Origin: an uncultured Verrucomicrobiae bacterium
GTDB taxonomy: Bacteria; Verrucomicrobiota; Verrucomicrobiia; Limisphaerales; Palsa-1400
Assembly: GCA_963702845.1 (NCBI GenBank)
Contig: OY969763.1
Location: forward strand, 5,728,001 to 5,792,000
DNA: 64,000 nucleotides
Direction of reading: 5' to 3'
Shown: positions 36,325 through 46,006 of the stretch, piece by piece
Layout: every line of letters starts with the position of its first letter
How positions within the stretch are numbered: the stretch's first letter is position 1
Translations under genes and position numbers: made by a program
The notes under the pieces: model-generated
The model's database searches: none
What the model was told of the DNA's origin: nothing
Seen by the model: the letters and a program-made list of their open reading frames with translations, nothing else

Positions 36325-37619
36325 TTAAGCGGCGGCTTGTCCGGCACGACGGCGAAGCAAGGGCTGGGTCTGGCCGAGAACGACTGGTCGAGTGATGGTC
36401 ACACCGATGACGTCTTCTGAGGTTGGCACGTCGTACATCACATCGAGCATCAGTTTTTCGAGCAGGCTGCGCAGCGCGCGCGCGCCGGTGCCTTTGCGAA
36501 TGGCCTGGCTGGCGAGTTCGCGCAGCGCGTCGGGCGAAAATTCAAGTTCCACGCCTTCCATCGCCAGCAGCTTTGCTGAACTGTTTCGTAAGCGCGTTTT
36601 TGGTGTCAGTCAAAATCGAAACCAATTGATCTTCGGTCAGTTCTGCCAAAACCGTGACCATCGGCAGACGGCCGATAAATTCCGGGATGAAACCGAACGC
36701 GAGCAAATCTTCAGGTTCGACATGTTGCAGGACTTTGTCGCGGTGAACGATTGGCAATTTTCGCGCCCTGTTCGGCGGCTCCGAAGCCCATGACGTGCTT
36801 GCCGAGACGCCGTTGGACGATTCTCTCCAAACCAACAAACGCGCCGCCGCAAATGAACAGAATGTCGCTGGTATCGACGCGGATATATTCCTGCTGCGGA
36901 TGTTTGCGACCGCCCTGCGGCGGAACATTGCAAACGGTGCCTTCCAGAATTTTCAGCAGCGCCTGTTGCACGCCTTCGCCGGAAACGTCGCGCGTGATGG
37001 AAACGTTTTCCGTCTTGCGCGCGATCTTGTCGATTTCGTCGATGTAAACGATGCCGCGTCTGCGCGCGTTTCACATCGTAATCGGCATTCTGCAGCAGGC
37101 GCAAAATGATATTCTCAACGTCTTCGCCGACATAACCGGCTTCGGTCAGAGTCGTGGCATCGGCAATGGCGAAAGGCACATCCAGAATCTGCGCCAGTGT
37201 GCGGGCAAGCAGGGTTTTGCCGGAGCCAGTCGGCCCGATCATGCAGGATATTGCTCTTCTCGATCTCGACTTCGGCATGCGGTCGCCGGAGCCGATGCCG
37301 GCTTCGGCTTCGCGAGCCGCTGCGTTCCTGCAAGATGCGTTTGTAATGATTGTGAACCGCGACCGCCAAGGTTTTCTTGGCGTGGTCCTGGCCGATGCAA
37401 TGCAGATCGAGCTGGCGCTTGATTTCGGCCGGTTTGGGAACGTTGAACTTGGGCGTGTCTTCTTGCGAGTCTGCCGAAGCAGTTCTTTGTCCAGGACCTT
37501 TTGCACAGGACGACGCAGTTGTCGCAGATGTAAACGCCCGGCCCGGCGATCAGCTTTTTGACTTCCGCGTGGGATTTCCCGCAGAAACTGCACAGCGTGA
37601 TGTTGGTCGGCCGCGCCAT
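36325..37619 (-). CDS. clpX: ATP-dependent Clp protease ATP-binding subunit ClpX (frameshifted in this sequence)
   Basis: [87 protein letters not shown]. Confidence 0.93.
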
Positions 37620-37624
37620 TAAGC

Positions 37625-38272
37625 TTATTCTTTTTCGTCAGGCGACTGTGCTGTCCGTCAAGCCCGGGAATTTCTTTGCGCGACTGGACCACCTCGTCCA
37701 CCAGACCGTAGGTTTTGGCTTCTTCCGAAGTCATGAAATTATCGCGGTCGCAATCCTTCTCGACCTGTTCGATCGGATTGCCGGTGTGCTTGGAAATGAT
37801 GGCGTTGAGGCGCTGCTTGAGCTTGCAGCATGTATTGGACGCGGATTTCGACGTCGCTGGCCGGGCCTTCGGCGCCGCCGAGGACCTGATGAATCATGAT
37901 GTTGGCATTCGGCAGGGCATAGCGTTTGCCCTTGGTCCCGCCGCAGAGCAGGACCGCGCCCATGCTGGCCGCCTGGCCGATGCAATAGGTGTTCACGTCG
38001 CACGTCAGGAACTGCATCGTATCATAAATCGCCAGACCCGCCGTGACGCTGCCGCCGGGCGAATTGATATAAAGATGAATGTCCTTCTTCGGGTCGGTCA
38101 TTTGCAGAAAGAGCAATTGCGCGATGATCAGGTTGGCGACCATGTCATCCACCGGCGTGCCCAGAAAGACAATGCGATCCACCAGCAGGCGCGAATAGAT
38201 GTCATAACCGCGCTCGCCGCGCCCGGTCTGCTCGACCACCATTGGGACTAAAAAATTATCCATATGAGTCAA
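37625..38272 (-). CDS. clpP: ATP-dependent Clp protease proteolytic subunit ClpP (frameshifted near the 3' end; end coordinate approximate)
   Basis: [65 protein letters not shown]. Confidence 0.93.
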
Positions 38273-38347
38273 TGAAACTGTTGGAGCAAACTAGTCTCCG
38301 TAGGGGAACGCGTCAAGTAGCTGGGTAGGAGAATGGATGAGAAACTT

Positions 38348-39781
38348 TCACCGCTTCACCCAAGAGCTGACAAACTCACTAGCGTCCATTTTCTCCAGCG
38401 CCGTTCGGTCGTTAAACATTGCCACCAACGCTTCGCTTCGCTTCACATCAAACTGCGTCGCCAAATTATCTTTCGCTTTCTTGATCAGCAGCGGAAGGCC
38501 TTCTTTACGGCGACGGCGATGTCCAACGGGATATTCGACTTCGCCACGATCAGTCCCTGTGCCGTCTTTGAAAAACACTTGAAGTGCATTGGCGATCGAG
38601 CGCTTGTCCGGTTCGAGATACTCGCGGCTGTAACGCTTGTCTTCGGTGACGATCATTTTTTCGCGCAAGGCGTCGATGCGCGGGTCGGCAGCGATTTTGT
38701 TTTCGTAATGATCGGCGGTGAGTTCGCCAAAGATGAGACCGATGGCGGCCATATATTGCAGGCAGTGATCACGGTCGGCTGGATTATTGAGCGGTCCGCG
38801 TTTGTCGATGATGCGGATGGCGGATTCGTGGGTGGTCATCTCGACGCGCTCAATGTCATTCAGGCGGTCCTTCACTTTCGGATGGAGCGTGATTGCGGCT
38901 TCGACGGCGGTCTGGGCGTGGAACTCGGCTGGGAAACGAATCTTGAAAAGGACATGCTCCATGACGTAGCAGGCAAAAGGACGCGCTACTTTGAGCGGCT
39001 GTGATTTGAACAGCACGTCGCAGAACCCCCACGTCTTCGCGGTGAGGACCGATGGGTAGCCCATTTCACCTTTGATCGCCATAAGCGCGTGCGTGACGGC
39101 GCGCGAGGTGGCGTCGCCGGCAGCCCAGGATTTTCGCGAGCCGGTGTTCGGTGCGTGGCGATATGTACGCAAAGCGCCGCCATCGGCGAACGCGTTGGAA
39201 ACAGCGTTGATGATTTGATCGCGCGTGCCGCCAAGAAGTTTTGTCGTAACGGCCGTTGATGCGATGCGCACCAACAACACGTGGTCCAGGCCGACGCGGT
39301 TAAAACTATTTTCAATCGCAAGCACGCCTTGAATTTCGTGCGCCTGAATCATCGCCGTCAGGATATCGCGCACGGTGAACTTTTTTTTCCCTGAGCGCGT
39401 GAGATAATCAGAGACTGCGAGAATAGCCCCGAGATTGTCCGATGGATGACCCCATTCCGCCGCGAGCCAGGTATCGTTGAAATCCAGCCAGCGAATGATC
39501 GTGCCGATGTTGAACGCAGCGGTGACAGGATCGAGTTCGTAATTTGTGCCGGGAACACGCGCGCCGTTCGGCACAACCGTGCCGGGAACGACCGGCCCGA
39601 GCAGCTTCGTGCAAGCGTCGTAATTGAGCGCCAGGATGCCGCAGCCGAGCGTGTCGAGAAGGCAGTAGCGGGCGGTCTCGTAAGCTTCGTCGCTGAACTT
39701 CGGCTCGGCACAGACGTAATCTGCTATTTGTGCCAGGAGGGTGTCGGCTGGCGGTCGGACGTTGCTGATGTGTGAACTCAT
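38348..39781 (-). CDS. prpD: 2-methylcitrate dehydratase
   Basis: [78 protein letters not shown]. Confidence 0.95.
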   Translation of the reverse strand: MSSHISNVRPPADTLLAQIADYVCAEPKFSDEAYETARYCLLDTLGCGILALNYDACTKLLGPVVPGTVVPNGARVPGTNYELDPVTAAFNIGTIIRWLDFNDTWLAAEWGHPSDNLGAILAVSDYLTRSGKKKFTVRDILTAMIQAHEIQGVLAIENSFNRVGLDHVLLVRIASTAVTTKLLGGTRDQIINAVSNAFADGGALRTYRHAPNTGSRKSWAAGDATSRAVTHALMAIKGEMGYPSVLTAKTWGFCDVLFKSQPLKVARPFACYVMEHVLFKIRFPAEFHAQTAVEAAITLHPKVKDRLNDIERVEMTTHESAIRIIDKRGPLNNPADRDHCLQYMAAIGLIFGELTADHYENKIAADPRIDALREKMIVTEDKRYSREYLEPDKRSIANALQVFFKDGTGTDRGEVEYPVGHRRRRKEGLPLLIKKAKDNLATQFDVKRSEALVAMFNDRTALEKMDASEFVSSWVKR

Positions 39782-39868
39782 ATTGTTATGTGTGGGTAGA
39801 ATTAAGAACCGCCGGCAAAGTGGGAAGGAAAAACCAACTCAGGCGAACGACTCGTGATTGACCGTGGT

Positions 39869-41173
39869 TTATGCGTCGAGAACCAGGTTGGTCCGCGGCT
39901 TGCAGATGCAGGTGAGGCACGAACCGGATTCGGCGTCCGCGCCATGCTCGGTGACATAGTCCACCGCGCCCGATTTGATTGCGACAAGGCAAGTGCCACA
40001 GTTTCCCGCGCGGCAACCGGATTCAATTTTTATGCCGTGCTCATCTGCTAAATCAAGCAACGAGCCAAGCGTTGGTTTCCACGCGCAAGTCTTGCCCGAA
40101 CGGCTGAATGTAATCTGCACAGCCGTTGCCGTTGCAACTTCGCTGGCAAGCGGCGTAGCGGCTGCTTTCTTCACCGTCGCCGGACCGAACGCTTCGAAAA
40201 ACACAGTCGAATCCGGCACGCCCCACTCGGCGAGGCCGTCCGTGATGCTCTTCATGAACGCGCCCGGGCCGCAGATGTAATACTCGAAATTATTCGAAGG
40301 CAGCACCTTCTTCATCAGTTCGACGCTGACGCGACCGGCGTGTCGATAATCGCGGCCCTCTTTATCTTCGGCGGCTGGTTTGCTGTAGCAGACTTGCAGA
40401 TGAAAATTGTCGTACTCAGCCGCAAGGCGTTCCAAAGTTTCCTTTTGGATGTGATCAGCGCGATTGCGTGCGCCAAAGAAAAACCAGACATCGCGCTTAT
40501 CGCCGCTTTCCAAAATCGCGTGCGCCATGCTCAACATCGGCGTGATGCCGACCCCGCCGGAAATCAAAACGACGGGCGCGGCCTTCGTGGCGAGATCAAT
40601 GCAAAAATTGCCGCCAGGCGCTTTGACATCGAGAATGTCGCCTTCCCGAACGTTGCCGCAGAAGTAAGACGAAGCACAACCATGCGGCGCGTCGGGAACC
40701 TCGCTCGGTGCGCACGCGCGTTTGATGGTGACGCGGTAGTAATCCGTACGATGACAATCCGACAGCGAATAGCAACGGATCACCGGCTTGTCGCGCCCGG
40801 GAATGTCGAGTTGGAACGTGGCGTATTGCCCCGGTTTAAATGCCGGCAACGGTTTGCCGTCGTGCGGCGCGAGGTAAAACGAGTAAACGTCGTGGCATTC
40901 GAAGACTTTGCGTGCGACGCGGAATTTGCGGTAGCCGTTCCAAAGCAATTTGACCTGCTCGGCGTCCCTGGCTTTGAGCGCCGCGGCTCTGACGAGGAGT
41001 TGCAGTCGTTGACGCGAAAGATTCTGCTGCTCGCGTTCGTAGAACACCCGCCGCACCGACGTGAAGAAAATCAGCAGGATCTGGGCAGCTAAAGCCGCCA
41101 CGATCAGAAACCCAACACTGACGCCCACATTGCCGGCAAAAGCGGCTTGCAACTTTGCGATAAGGGATTGCAT
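39869..41173 (-). CDS. FAD/NAD(P)-binding oxidoreductase with N-terminal TM anchor and C-terminal [2Fe-2S] ferredoxin
   Basis: FKPGQY, RCYSLS, ISGGVGITPM, YICGP, EAFG, GCRAGNCGTC..CLTC. Confidence 0.9.
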   Translation of the reverse strand: MQSLIAKLQAAFAGNVGVSVGFLIVAALAAQILLIFFTSVRRVFYEREQQNLSRQRLQLLVRAAALKARDAEQVKLLWNGYRKFRVARKVFECHDVYSFYLAPHDGKPLPAFKPGQYATFQLDIPGRDKPVIRCYSLSDCHRTDYYRVTIKRACAPSEVPDAPHGCASSYFCGNVREGDILDVKAPGGNFCIDLATKAAPVVLISGGVGITPMLSMAHAILESGDKRDVWFFFGARNRADHIQKETLERLAAEYDNFHLQVCYSKPAAEDKEGRDYRHAGRVSVELMKKVLPSNNFEYYICGPGAFMKSITDGLAEWGVPDSTVFFEAFGPATVKKAAATPLASEVATATAVQITFSRSGKTCAWKPTLGSLLDLADEHGIKIESGCRAGNCGTCLVAIKSGAVDYVTEHGADAESGSCLTCICKPRTNLVLDA

Positions 41174-41202
41174 TAGCCTATGCGAATGTTAAACAAACGG
41201 GC

Positions 41203-42435
41203 GTGCTGAGTAAACGCCGTTTCTCTATTTGTAGGAGACGAGGTAACGAGTCTCTAACCTCCTTGCGGCGCTTGGCAGTCATATCGGGTTTGGTTGTTTT
41301 GACCTCCTTCTCGGCATTCGCCTCTGAAACCAACCAATTCCTCGGCGCACAAAGTTGTTCGTCTTCCAGTTGCCACGGCGGCGCGGATGCCAAGAGCAAT
41401 CAAAACCTGATTTGGTCCCAACACGACCCGCACGCCAAATCGTTCGCGACACTCATCAGCGCCCGTTCCGAACGCATCGCCGAATCGCTCAACATTACTA
41501 ATGCCGCGAAGAGCGCTCGTTGCACCGTATGTCATGCTCCATTTGCAACCGTCCCTCCCGAACTTGCCGCCACGGTTCTAGATCCCGCTGAAGGTGTTTC
41601 GTGCGAATCGTGCCATGGCATGGCCAAGACGTGGTTGCGTTCACACACACGCAAAGATCTTTCGCACACGGACAAAGTTGCTAGCGGCATGCGTGAGTTG
41701 CGAAATCTCTACGATCGCGCCAACACCTGCGTCGCTTGCCATCAAAATGTCGACGCCGACATCCTCGCCGCCGGCCATCCTGAACTGATTTTCGAACTCG
41801 ATGGCCAATCGGTTTCCGAACACAAACATTGGCAGGAACAAACCAGTTGGTCGGGCGCGCAGACGTGGTTGGTCGGGCAGGCAGTGGCGCTGCGGGAAGT
41901 CAGTTGGCAAAAGCGGTGCGATGAGACCAAAGGGAAACCGACAGTGATGGGGGATGGCACAATTGTTCAAACCACCGAGCCAACCAACAGTCAATCCGTC
42001 CTCGATCTGGATCGCGAGCGATGGTTCGGGCTCGCGGTGCTTTTCACGAATCTCGAGGACGCTGTCCCAGGATTGAAAGATGCATCAGTTTTTTTCGCCA
42101 CATCTCGATTTGGCCCGGCTGACCATCACATCGCAGACGGGCAGGCGCGAAGCGTGACTGAGCTTACCTGGGCTCCGAAACTGACTGCGGCGTGCCTGGC
42201 CCGATTGGCTGGTGGAAGTTCTTACTTTCGCAAACCCGGGTCACAAATAGATAAAGCGCGTTATGCCGAGCGTCTGGTTTTGGCTTTAGACCGCTTACTC
42301 GCCGCTCAACATCAACACAACAAGAACGCTAACGCCGCACTCGATAAAATTTTCAAACTCGCGCAATCGCGTCCTGATTTTGACCCGGGCCAATTCGCCG
42401 ACGCGCTCGACGATTTTGCGAAAACGTTAAAATAA
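41203..42435 (+). CDS. Periplasmic multiheme c-type cytochrome (c554-like N-terminal domain)
   Basis: Signal peptide; CSSSSCH, CTVCH, GVSCESCHG, CVACH; AAGHPELIFELD. Confidence 0.85.
   Translation: MLSKRRFSICRRRGNESLTSLRRLAVISGLVVLTSFSAFASETNQFLGAQSCSSSSCHGGADAKSNQNLIWSQHDPHAKSFATLISARSERIAESLNITNAAKSARCTVCHAPFATVPPELAATVLDPAEGVSCESCHGMAKTWLRSHTRKDLSHTDKVASGMRELRNLYDRANTCVACHQNVDADILAAGHPELIFELDGQSVSEHKHWQEQTSWSGAQTWLVGQAVALREVSWQKRCDETKGKPTVMGDGTIVQTTEPTNSQSVLDLDRERWFGLAVLFTNLEDAVPGLKDASVFFATSRFGPADHHIADGQARSVTELTWAPKLTAACLARLAGGSSYFRKPGSQIDKARYAERLVLALDRLLAAQHQHNKNANAALDKIFKLAQSRPDFDPGQFADALDDFAKTLK
41231..41254 (+). repeat. GTAG-type REP arm inside the 5' end of the cytochrome ORF
   Basis: GTAGGAGACGAGGTAACGAGTCTC; 20/24 identical to 1425-1448. 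Confidence 0.65.
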
Positions 42436-42436
42436 A

Positions 42437-42468
42437 AAAACGGCCGACGCGGAAGCATCGGCCGTTTT
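42437..42468. terminator. Bidirectional rho-independent terminator
   Basis: AAAACGGCCGA-N10-TCGGCCGTTTT between convergent genes. Confidence 0.8.
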
Positions 42469-42484
42469 GATTGTGAAGATGTTA

Positions 42485-42715
42485 TTAAGCTGAGGGCTTG
42501 GCGGCCTTCTTCTTGGCGCACTTTTCGCAAGTTTTGCCATCTTTGGCTGCGGCCACGCAGCACTTGTGAGTGCATTCTTTGCCGGCTTTTTTGGCTTTTG
42601 CACAGCAGGCTGGGAGTTCGGAATCCTTCTTCGGGGCATCATCTGCCGCCAGGACCGGACCAGCCAACAGCGCGAACGCACACGCGAACACTGTCAATGA
42701 CTTGATAAGCTTCAT
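42485..42715 (-). CDS. Small secreted Cys/Lys-rich protein
   Basis: Signal peptide ending VLA-AD; mature part CCAKAKKAGKECTHKCCVAAAKDGKTCEKC; terminator directly downstream. Confidence 0.75.
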   Translation of the reverse strand: MKLIKSLTVFACAFALLAGPVLAADDAPKKDSELPACCAKAKKAGKECTHKCCVAAAKDGKTCEKCAKKKAAKPSA

Positions 42716-42922
42716 ATGTTTTCGTTCCGGCTAATGCCGGTGCTTTCCAATCCCGCTTGCGCCATCTCCCCACGGCGACTTCGCCAGAGAGCGACTGCAT
42801 AGCAAGACTTTAAGCAGCGGCACCGTAATAAACTCTGCTGATTTTGTCTATTACAAATATGCTGGGCCGCGCCGCGCGCCCTGCCATTGTCCGCGAACGA
42901 CTCCTGCTGTATTAATGCAAAG

Positions 42923-43342
42923 ATGAAATCGCTGACCGATTATCTGTGGATGGAAATTTCGGGACGCCGCGGCTTTGTAAATATCACGCCGGACGTTGCC
43001 GCGCTCGTGCGCAAGAGCGGTGTGCAGGAAGGGCTCTGTCTGGTGAACGCGATGCACATCAGCGCTTCCGTATTCATCAACGACGACGAAGCGGGACTGC
43101 ATCACGATTGGGAAGTGTGGCTGGAAAAACTCGCGCCGCACGCGCCCATCAATCAATACCGGCACAACGACACGGGCGAGGACAATGCCGACGCGCATCT
43201 GAAACGCCAGATTCTCGGCCGTGAAACCGTGGTTGCGATCACCAAGGGCAAGCTGGACTTCGGCCCATGGGAACAGATTTTCTACGGAGAATTCGATGGC
43301 AACCGGCGCAAACGGGTTCTCGTCAAAATAATTGGGGAATAA
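42923..43342 (+). CDS. yjbQ: YjbQ (UPF0047) family protein
   Basis: [53 protein letters not shown]. Confidence 0.92.
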   Translation: MKSLTDYLWMEISGRRGFVNITPDVAALVRKSGVQEGLCLVNAMHISASVFINDDEAGLHHDWEVWLEKLAPHAPINQYRHNDTGEDNADAHLKRQILGRETVVAITKGKLDFGPWEQIFYGEFDGNRRKRVLVKIIGE

Positions 43343-43367
43343 TTTGCCGAACTGAGTACACTGACGC

Positions 43368-44039
43368 GTGCCTGCAACAGTCACATTGCGAACACCGAAA
43401 GGCGAACTCGTCGTCGGCGCGGTTCCACGCGTTGTCGGGACGTTGTCTACGTTTCCGGTTCCGCCGGCTGCGCCTGAGGTTTGCGATGTTGTTGAGGTTC
43501 GTTTGGATTTGCTCGGAGCCGCAGTGGTTTGGCCACAAATCGATTTGCCAATTCTGCTCACGATTCGTTCGAGTGCCGAAGGCGGGCAATGGAACGGACC
43601 GGATAAGGAGCGGTTGGAACTGTATCGTAAATGGATTCCGTTGGTGGCGGCCGTTGATGTTGAATTAAGCAGCCTGATTGCGGTTGATGTTTGCAAGCTC
43701 GCCAAAGACGCGGGCGTACCTTCGATCGTTTCCTTCCACGATTTTAGCGCAACTCCGACGCTTGAGACGTTGCAGGCGATTGTCGAACGCGGACAAAAAG
43801 TGGGCTCAATCGTGAAAATCGTGACGCTCGCGAATACGGAGCGTGATGTTGAAATTTTGCGAACCCTGCTCAGCAACCGTTCCTCGCCGCTGTGCGTGAT
43901 GGGCATGGGACAACACGCCGCGATGACACGCGTTGAATTTCCGAAACTTGGCTCATGTCTCACATACGGGTACCTCGACAAACCGTTGGCGCCGGGACAA
44001 ACGTCAGCCGCCGAACTTTCCGCACAATTACGTAAATGA
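43368..44039 (+). CDS. aroD: Type I 3-dehydroquinate dehydratase
   Basis: DVVEVRLD, LLTIRSSAEGG, VDVEL, VSFHDFSATP, IVKI (Schiff-base Lys), MGMG..TR, APGQ. Confidence 0.88.
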   Translation: MPATVTLRTPKGELVVGAVPRVVGTLSTFPVPPAAPEVCDVVEVRLDLLGAAVVWPQIDLPILLTIRSSAEGGQWNGPDKERLELYRKWIPLVAAVDVELSSLIAVDVCKLAKDAGVPSIVSFHDFSATPTLETLQAIVERGQKVGSIVKIVTLANTERDVEILRTLLSNRSSPLCVMGMGQHAAMTRVEFPKLGSCLTYGYLDKPLAPGQTSAAELSAQLRK

Positions 44040-44791
44040 AAGCAGTCATTCTCGCCGCCGGCAAAGGCACGCGCATGGGCGGTCTCACTTCCGACTTGCC
44101 CAAGCCGATGCTTCGCGTGCACGGCAAACCGATTCTCGAACACATTATTACCGGCCTGCAAAGCGCGGGTATTCGTGAGTTCGTTATCGTGACCGGTTGG
44201 CATGCGGAGGTGATCGAGAGTTACTTCGGCGACGGATCGAAGTTCGGGATCAAAGTTCAGTATGGGCGACAAGTTGTTCAGGATGGGACGGGCAAAGCAC
44301 CGGAATTGGCGAAGGCATTTGTTGGTTCGGATGATTTTGTGCTGACCTACGGCGATATTCTTGTGCGACCGGAAACTTACAAACAGATGATCGCTCGTTA
44401 TGGCGAGAAACCGGTTTCTGGTTTGCTCACTTGCACAGGCAGTGAAGATGTGACCAAAGGCGGATTGTTGTTTTTCGATAAGATGTTTTGTCTTTGTAAG
44501 CTGGTGGAGAAACCAAGTGCGGCGGAAATTGATGCATTGCGAGCGGAGGGTTATCTAAAGTCTGGTGATACGGCTTGGTATAATGCGGGTGTTTACATTT
44601 TCAAACCGAGCATTTTTGAGTTCACGGCGAAGTTGCAGAAATCGCCACGAGGTGAGTATGAACTCACCGATGCGATTATTGCGATGCTCGTGGCTGGTCA
44701 TAAGTTTGCTGGGTTGGAGATTCAGGGGCGTTGGGTCGATGTCCGCGATCCGGAAGTTCTCGCCTCGTTGGAAAAAAGCCAACTCGACTAA
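44036..44791 (+). CDS. Sugar-phosphate nucleotidyltransferase
   Basis: AVILAAGKGTRM..PKPML, YGD, LVEKP, NAGVY, SPRGEYELTDAI. Confidence 0.9.
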   Translation: MKAVILAAGKGTRMGGLTSDLPKPMLRVHGKPILEHIITGLQSAGIREFVIVTGWHAEVIESYFGDGSKFGIKVQYGRQVVQDGTGKAPELAKAFVGSDDFVLTYGDILVRPETYKQMIARYGEKPVSGLLTCTGSEDVTKGGLLFFDKMFCLCKLVEKPSAAEIDALRAEGYLKSGDTAWYNAGVYIFKPSIFEFTAKLQKSPRGEYELTDAIIAMLVAGHKFAGLEIQGRWVDVRDPEVLASLEKSQLD

Positions 44792-45930
44792 CGTCGACTG
44801 CGATTCACGACTTTTTCTAAAATCGGAATTGTCTCGCGGACTTCGTCCTTCGTGGAATCGCGGCCTAGCGAAAAACGGACGAGAGAGTTGGCGGATTTTT
44901 TGTCCACGCCCAATGCGGTGATGACGTGTGAGGGTTCCAATGAACCGGCGGAACAGGCGGAACCGCTCGACGCGCAGACGCCTTCTATATCCAAGCCTGC
45001 AAGCAATGTGATGCTGTCAGCGCCGTCGACGGTGAATGCAATGGTGTTGCTGAGGCGTTTTGTTTGAGAGCCGCGGAGATGGACGCCGGGAATTTTCGAA
45101 ACTGAACTCGCGAGTTCATTTGTGAGGTTAAACAAGTTTTCGCGCGGGAAGACCGGAGATTTGACGAAACGTTCCATCGCTTCAGCTAATCCAATCACGG
45201 CGGCTAAATTTTCTGTGCCGGCGCGGCGCTCGTTTTCGTGGCCGCCGCCGAAGATGATTGGGTCGGGATGTAACGGCGATTTGATGTAGAGCGCGCCGAT
45301 GCCTTTTGGCCCATGTAGTTTGTGCGCGCAGAAGGAGACCAGGTCGGCATTGAATTGGTCGATGTTTTCGAACGGTTCTTTGCCGAACCATTGGACGGCG
45401 TCGGTGTGGAAGATGACGCCGCGCTCGCGACAGATCGCGCCGATTTCGGCGACGGGTTGGATCGTGCCGATTTCGTTGTTGGCGGCCATGATCGAGACAA
45501 GGGTGGTGTCGGCGCGGATGGCGTTCTTCACGTCTTCAGGATTGATGAAACCTTCTTTGTTCACCGGGATGTAGGTAACGGTGAAGCCTTCGCGTTTTTC
45601 CAAGTATTGAAAGCAATGCAGGACGGCGTGGTGTTCAATGGTCGATGTGATGATGTGCCGGCCTTTGTCGGACAGCGCGCGTGCGGTGCCGAAGATGGCG
45701 AGGTTATTACTCTCCGTGCCGCCGCTGGTGAAAATGACTTCGCTCGGTTTGCAGTGCCAGACTTTCGCAACGCGGTCGCGGGCGTCATCGAGAATGGAGC
45801 GAGCGCCTTGGCCGATGTGATGGACGGACGACGGGTTGCCCCACACTTCACCAAAATACGGCATCATCGCCTCGCGGACTTGTGGGTCCAGAGGCGTTGT
45901 CGCGTTATAGTCGAAGTAAATAGTTTTCAT
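44788..45930 (-). CDS. iscS: Cysteine desulfurase (IscS/NifS type)
   Basis: IYFDYNATTP, GNPSS, FTSGGTESNN, ANNEIG, HTDAVQ, AHKLHGPKG, RAGTEN, SSGSACSAG. Confidence 0.92.
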   Translation of the reverse strand: MKTIYFDYNATTPLDPQVREAMMPYFGEVWGNPSSVHHIGQGARSILDDARDRVAKVWHCKPSEVIFTSGGTESNNLAIFGTARALSDKGRHIITSTIEHHAVLHCFQYLEKREGFTVTYIPVNKEGFINPEDVKNAIRADTTLVSIMAANNEIGTIQPVAEIGAICRERGVIFHTDAVQWFGKEPFENIDQFNADLVSFCAHKLHGPKGIGALYIKSPLHPDPIIFGGGHENERRAGTENLAAVIGLAEAMERFVKSPVFPRENLFNLTNELASSVSKIPGVHLRGSQTKRLSNTIAFTVDGADSITLLAGLDIEGVCASSGSACSAGSLEPSHVITALGVDKKSANSLVRFSLGRDSTKDEVRETIPILEKVVNRSRR

Positions 45931-46006
45931 GTTTTACAGATCAATCCACGAAATGCGTACGGCTTTCGCATCCCCTTTGAGCACTCGTTTCTTTGTCATG
46001 TCGATC

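Noticed and set aside
32030..37900. Dense frameshifts in ilvD, the PVC-type heme protein, clpX and clpP, suggesting pseudogenisation or programmed frameshifting
   Set aside because: Many single-base indels cluster in one stretch and hit conserved genes whose residues are otherwise intact. This is typical of a low-coverage long-read consensus; read realignment would settle it.
42851..44272. Long antisense ORFs (e.g. 42851..44272-, 7027..8070-, 20097..21245+, 2924..3667-)
   Set aside because: They shadow well-supported genes on the opposite strand and have no recognisable motifs; expected in GC-rich DNA.
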